Positions 60,686 through 64,000 of a DNA stretch of 64,000 nucleotides are shown here, piece after piece. The notes under the pieces are model-generated. The model did no database searches. It was not told where the DNA came from and was given only the letters and a program-made list of their open reading frames with translations. Location: NCBI GenBank assembly GCA_964016885.1, contig OZ024740.1, forward strand, positions 131,812,001-131,876,000, read 5' to 3'. The translations under genes and the position numbers were made by a program. Numbering within the stretch: position 1 is the first letter of the stretch; every line of letters starts with the position of its first letter. Source of the DNA: Eledone cirrhosa (Eukaryota).

Positions 60686-60797
60686 GATATATATATATAC
60701 AAAATTAAGTTAAATTAAGGGTGTCATGTCAGATAGACATGCACCATATCACCCGTAAAATATGCTCCAAGATTCCAATGAATACATCCGAGCATTT

Positions 60798-60936
60798 TAT
60801 ATCAACTAGAAATTGATTGACATATGAATATATGTAAAATAAACATATGAACAAATCACATGGAATTATCCCCTGTGATTTTTTCATATGTTTATTTTAG
60901 ATATATTTATATGACAATCAATTTCCAGTTGATATA
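60798..60936. repeat. Imperfect inverted repeat (63-bp arms, 13-nt loop)
   Basis: tatatcaactagaaattgattg...aaatcaca mirrored by tgtgattt...caatcaatttccagttgatata. Confidence 0.85.
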
Positions 60937-60937
60937 T

Positions 60938-60995
<58 letters not shown>

Positions 60996-61734
60996 TTACA
61001 AGTCAGAATAATTGACATCACATCCGATTAACGACTGCTATCGTTTAGAGTGCTACATTATTCCATGCCTGTTGAATTGTTCTAAATGCAAAGAAATTCG
61101 ATAGCCATAGATGTAACTGTTCTTCATTAGCGAAGGTCTCTACTGCTTTGCATTGCTAAATGAGAGCCGATAGGTTAAGTGAATACGCAGCTGGGGAAGA
61201 AATTCCTAACCGAGTTCCAGTAGCCTCTGAATGGTTATACTTGATGTATGCAGTAGAGCTTTATCATGAAGGATTCGAACAGGAAAATGGTGTGGCCACA
61301 CCTGTGTGATTTTCGCTACTAATCTGTCAAGTTGTTGCCAATAGACGTCAGAGTTTACGCAATTATAGTTTTAATGTCACACTTGTTTCCCCTTCATCTA
61401 TTATATGCATATACATATGAAAAATACGGAGCTACTTCTAAGTATTTTTCTAAGCTTTTGAATGATCCAAATAACCTCATTGCATGTAATTAATTGGTAC
61501 TAGTTTTTGTTGTTTACTGAATTGAACGAACTATTCAATCGTTTTCGATACTTAACGTATTATATATTGTAACGATTTTCTCTAGAAAATGCAAGATGTA
61601 GAAATAAACAATCATGCACAACTATTAAATACAATGACAGTAACTGATCATGACATATGTTTCTAGTAAGAATGTCTAGCATAACATCAGAACCTGGATT
61701 ATTCTGATATTCGCTATAATGATAATAATAATAA

Positions 61735-61763
<29 letters not shown>

Positions 61764-61765
<2 letters not shown>

Positions 61766-64000
61766 TTTTCTTTATTAACCACAAGGGTTTACATAAAGTA
61801 GACATTAAGGACAGTACAGGACAATACAGGACGGTACAAATGGGCATTTCTGCGTGTAAAAAAAACAGAGGATGAAATAAAATAACAAAGAAAAATTCCC
61901 CAATAGGGGGGAGACTTCCGAGGGACATTTGTGGAGAAAGCCCATTAAAAGACCACAGTGGCCCTGACCACCAGGGCAAGTGCCCTCTCCCAGTTTTCCA
62001 CCTTTAATTTACAGACACATACTCAGAGAAGGCCCATTCATTCGGGCCATACTTGCTTCTCTCACCCATCTTTCAACAAAATGCTGGGAAGAGAGCACTT
62101 CCCTGTCTACCCTGATTTTCCTTTTCAGATGAAATTTGAAAAAGTTAATCAGGGATTCACCGAAGAGGTAAGTGCTCGTCTTCAGCTCTTTCAAACGTGT
62201 CCACCATACTATCTCTTTCGCCATGGCCACCAGACAGATAAAAACTGCCTGCCCTTCCCGGTTAAAGGAAGGGGGCGGGGCAATCCTCACGATGGACTCA
62301 GCTGATAGCTGGATCCGTCCTACACGTGACAGCAGGTGTTCGACATAAACCCACAAGTCAGCAATGCTCAGACACTGGACGAGTGCGTGCAGGACGGTTT
62401 CGTCGCCCTGCACGCATCTCGGACATGCCCGGCTGACGGCACCTCCATGCCTGTAAAGTTTATCCCGAACTGGCAAAGCACCCCGGTAGCACTGCCAGGC
62501 CAGGGATTTCTGGAAGTTGTCCATAGGCCCCGGCCCGAAAGTCCTTCCGAAGAGATTGGCTAGTTGATTTTCGTCGACGCCTAGAGTTTCTCCAAGTACG
62601 TCGTCGCTCTTCCCCTCCACTAATCCCCTATAGAACGCCAAGGTGGAGTTTCCACCGATCACATTGCCCGATTGGTCGAGGGCTGTGAGCGCCCGAAGAC
62701 ATTCCAGTCTCCAAGCGCTCCCTCTCGGTCTTCGCTTGACCCAGGACTGCAGCTCCGTCAAGGAGACGAGCTGGGGAAAAACGTGTCTAGCAAACGGCGA
62801 CCACACCTTGTTCACCGTCGAGGAAGAGGTGGAGATGTCGTAAACTGAGCGCGTGTCTGCGCATCATCCGCCACGGCATGCCCAACCCTCCGCATAGTAG
62901 GTGTTGACAGCAGATGGACCACCTGACCATCGGTGCGCGTCCCTTCCACAAGAAGCGAAAGAGCAAACGCTCCAGCGCAGTCACGCGGGGCTTAGGACAA
63001 GTTACGACGGTCAGGCGGTAGTAGATGACGGACGCCATGTACGCGTTAGCACCCTCCGCTCGACCTTTCAGGGATAGCTTCCTCGCGGCCCATTTCAGGG
63101 TGAGAGAAACCACCCTGCTCGTCACCTCGTCCCAGTTTTTGTCCGTCTGGAGGTCTGGACCGATCCAGACCCCTAGCAATTTAACCGGTCCGTCCGTCCA
63201 GCGCCCGACGACGCTGTTGGACGGCATGGACCTGCCTCTCCATGTGCCGAGCTGCAGGCCCACTGACTTTTCCTGGTTGATCATTGCTCCTGTCACCGCT
63301 TGGTATTCTCTTAGTGTAGTGCCGATCGCCTCGATGTGTTTGGCGTTTGACACCACTACGGTGACATAGTCGGCATATGCTGACACGGATCTTCCGCATC
63401 CTAGTTCGCGTGGGACCCCCCTCAACGTCTCCAGTTTGTGCAGTAATGGGTCGAGAGTCAATACGTACAATAGGGACGAGAGGGGACATCCTTGGCGGAC
63501 CGAGCGCATGATGTTGAACGGTTCCGAAAGGTGACCGTTCACTCTCACTACACACCAGATGTCGCTGTGCATGGCAGCGATCCAGCCTCTGAAGACTGGC
63601 CCAAAGCCAGCCGCCCTCAGGACTGCCGCTAGGTAACGATGGTCGACCCTATCGAAGGCTTTCGACTGATCTAAATTGATCAAAGACCCACCCGTGCCAG
63701 GTTCCCTAGCTACCCTCTCTACGATGTATCGCATGAGGTGGAGGTTGTCGTGAATGGATCTGTCGGGAATGGCGCATGTCTGTGCCTCTCCCACCAGACC
63801 ACCAACGAGAAGCGCCAACCTCTTTGCTAGCACCTTGGCCAAAATCTTGAACTCTGTGTATAGCAGAGTTATGGGCCTACAATTATCTATGTTATCCCCC
63901 TTGTTCGGATCCTTTCTCAGCAGCGCCACCGCTCCTCGGCTCACAGAGCTGGGAATTCTCCCGTTCTGTTGCCAGTTGCAGTAGACGTCCGCCAAGAGGC
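61764..64000 (-). mobile_element. L1/Tx1-clade LINE, 3' part (continues past the window end)
   Basis: RT motifs RPITLL..KILAK, LDQSKAFDRV, VRQGCPLS, YADY (catalytic Asp lost), GGLG; zinc knuckle CPRC..ET.LH...C; frameshift near 62815; AATAAA followed by an (ATT)n tract at the 3' end. Confidence 0.95.

Noticed and set aside
61160-61309. Short protein-like ORF MRADRLSEYAAGEE...
   Set aside because: 49 aa with no recognisable homology or splice support.

Overview
AT-rich, repeat-saturated eukaryotic DNA with no confidently identifiable host gene. The abundant tRNA-derived SINE family and the (TA)n/(CA)n/(CT)n density suggest a cephalopod, probably an octopod (inference). Most ORFs in the track are microsatellite artefacts. 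The real coding remnants are retrotransposons: three copies of one RTE-clade LINE (one with a twin-priming-like 5' inversion), two L1/Tx1-like LINEs, R4/Dong-like and HERO-like restriction-endonuclease LINE fragments, an old RT fragment, and four Penelope-like elements (PLEs). Three of the PLEs have the CxCx5Cx5C linker and a C-terminal GIY-YIG domain. There is also a non-autonomous Helitron and about nine SINE copies. The most notable pattern is a set of minimal type I hammerhead ribozyme (HHR) motifs, several with intact cores, sitting in (TA)n-embedded PLE termini, in solo cassettes and in fold-back palindromes. One palindrome carries an HHR in each polarity.
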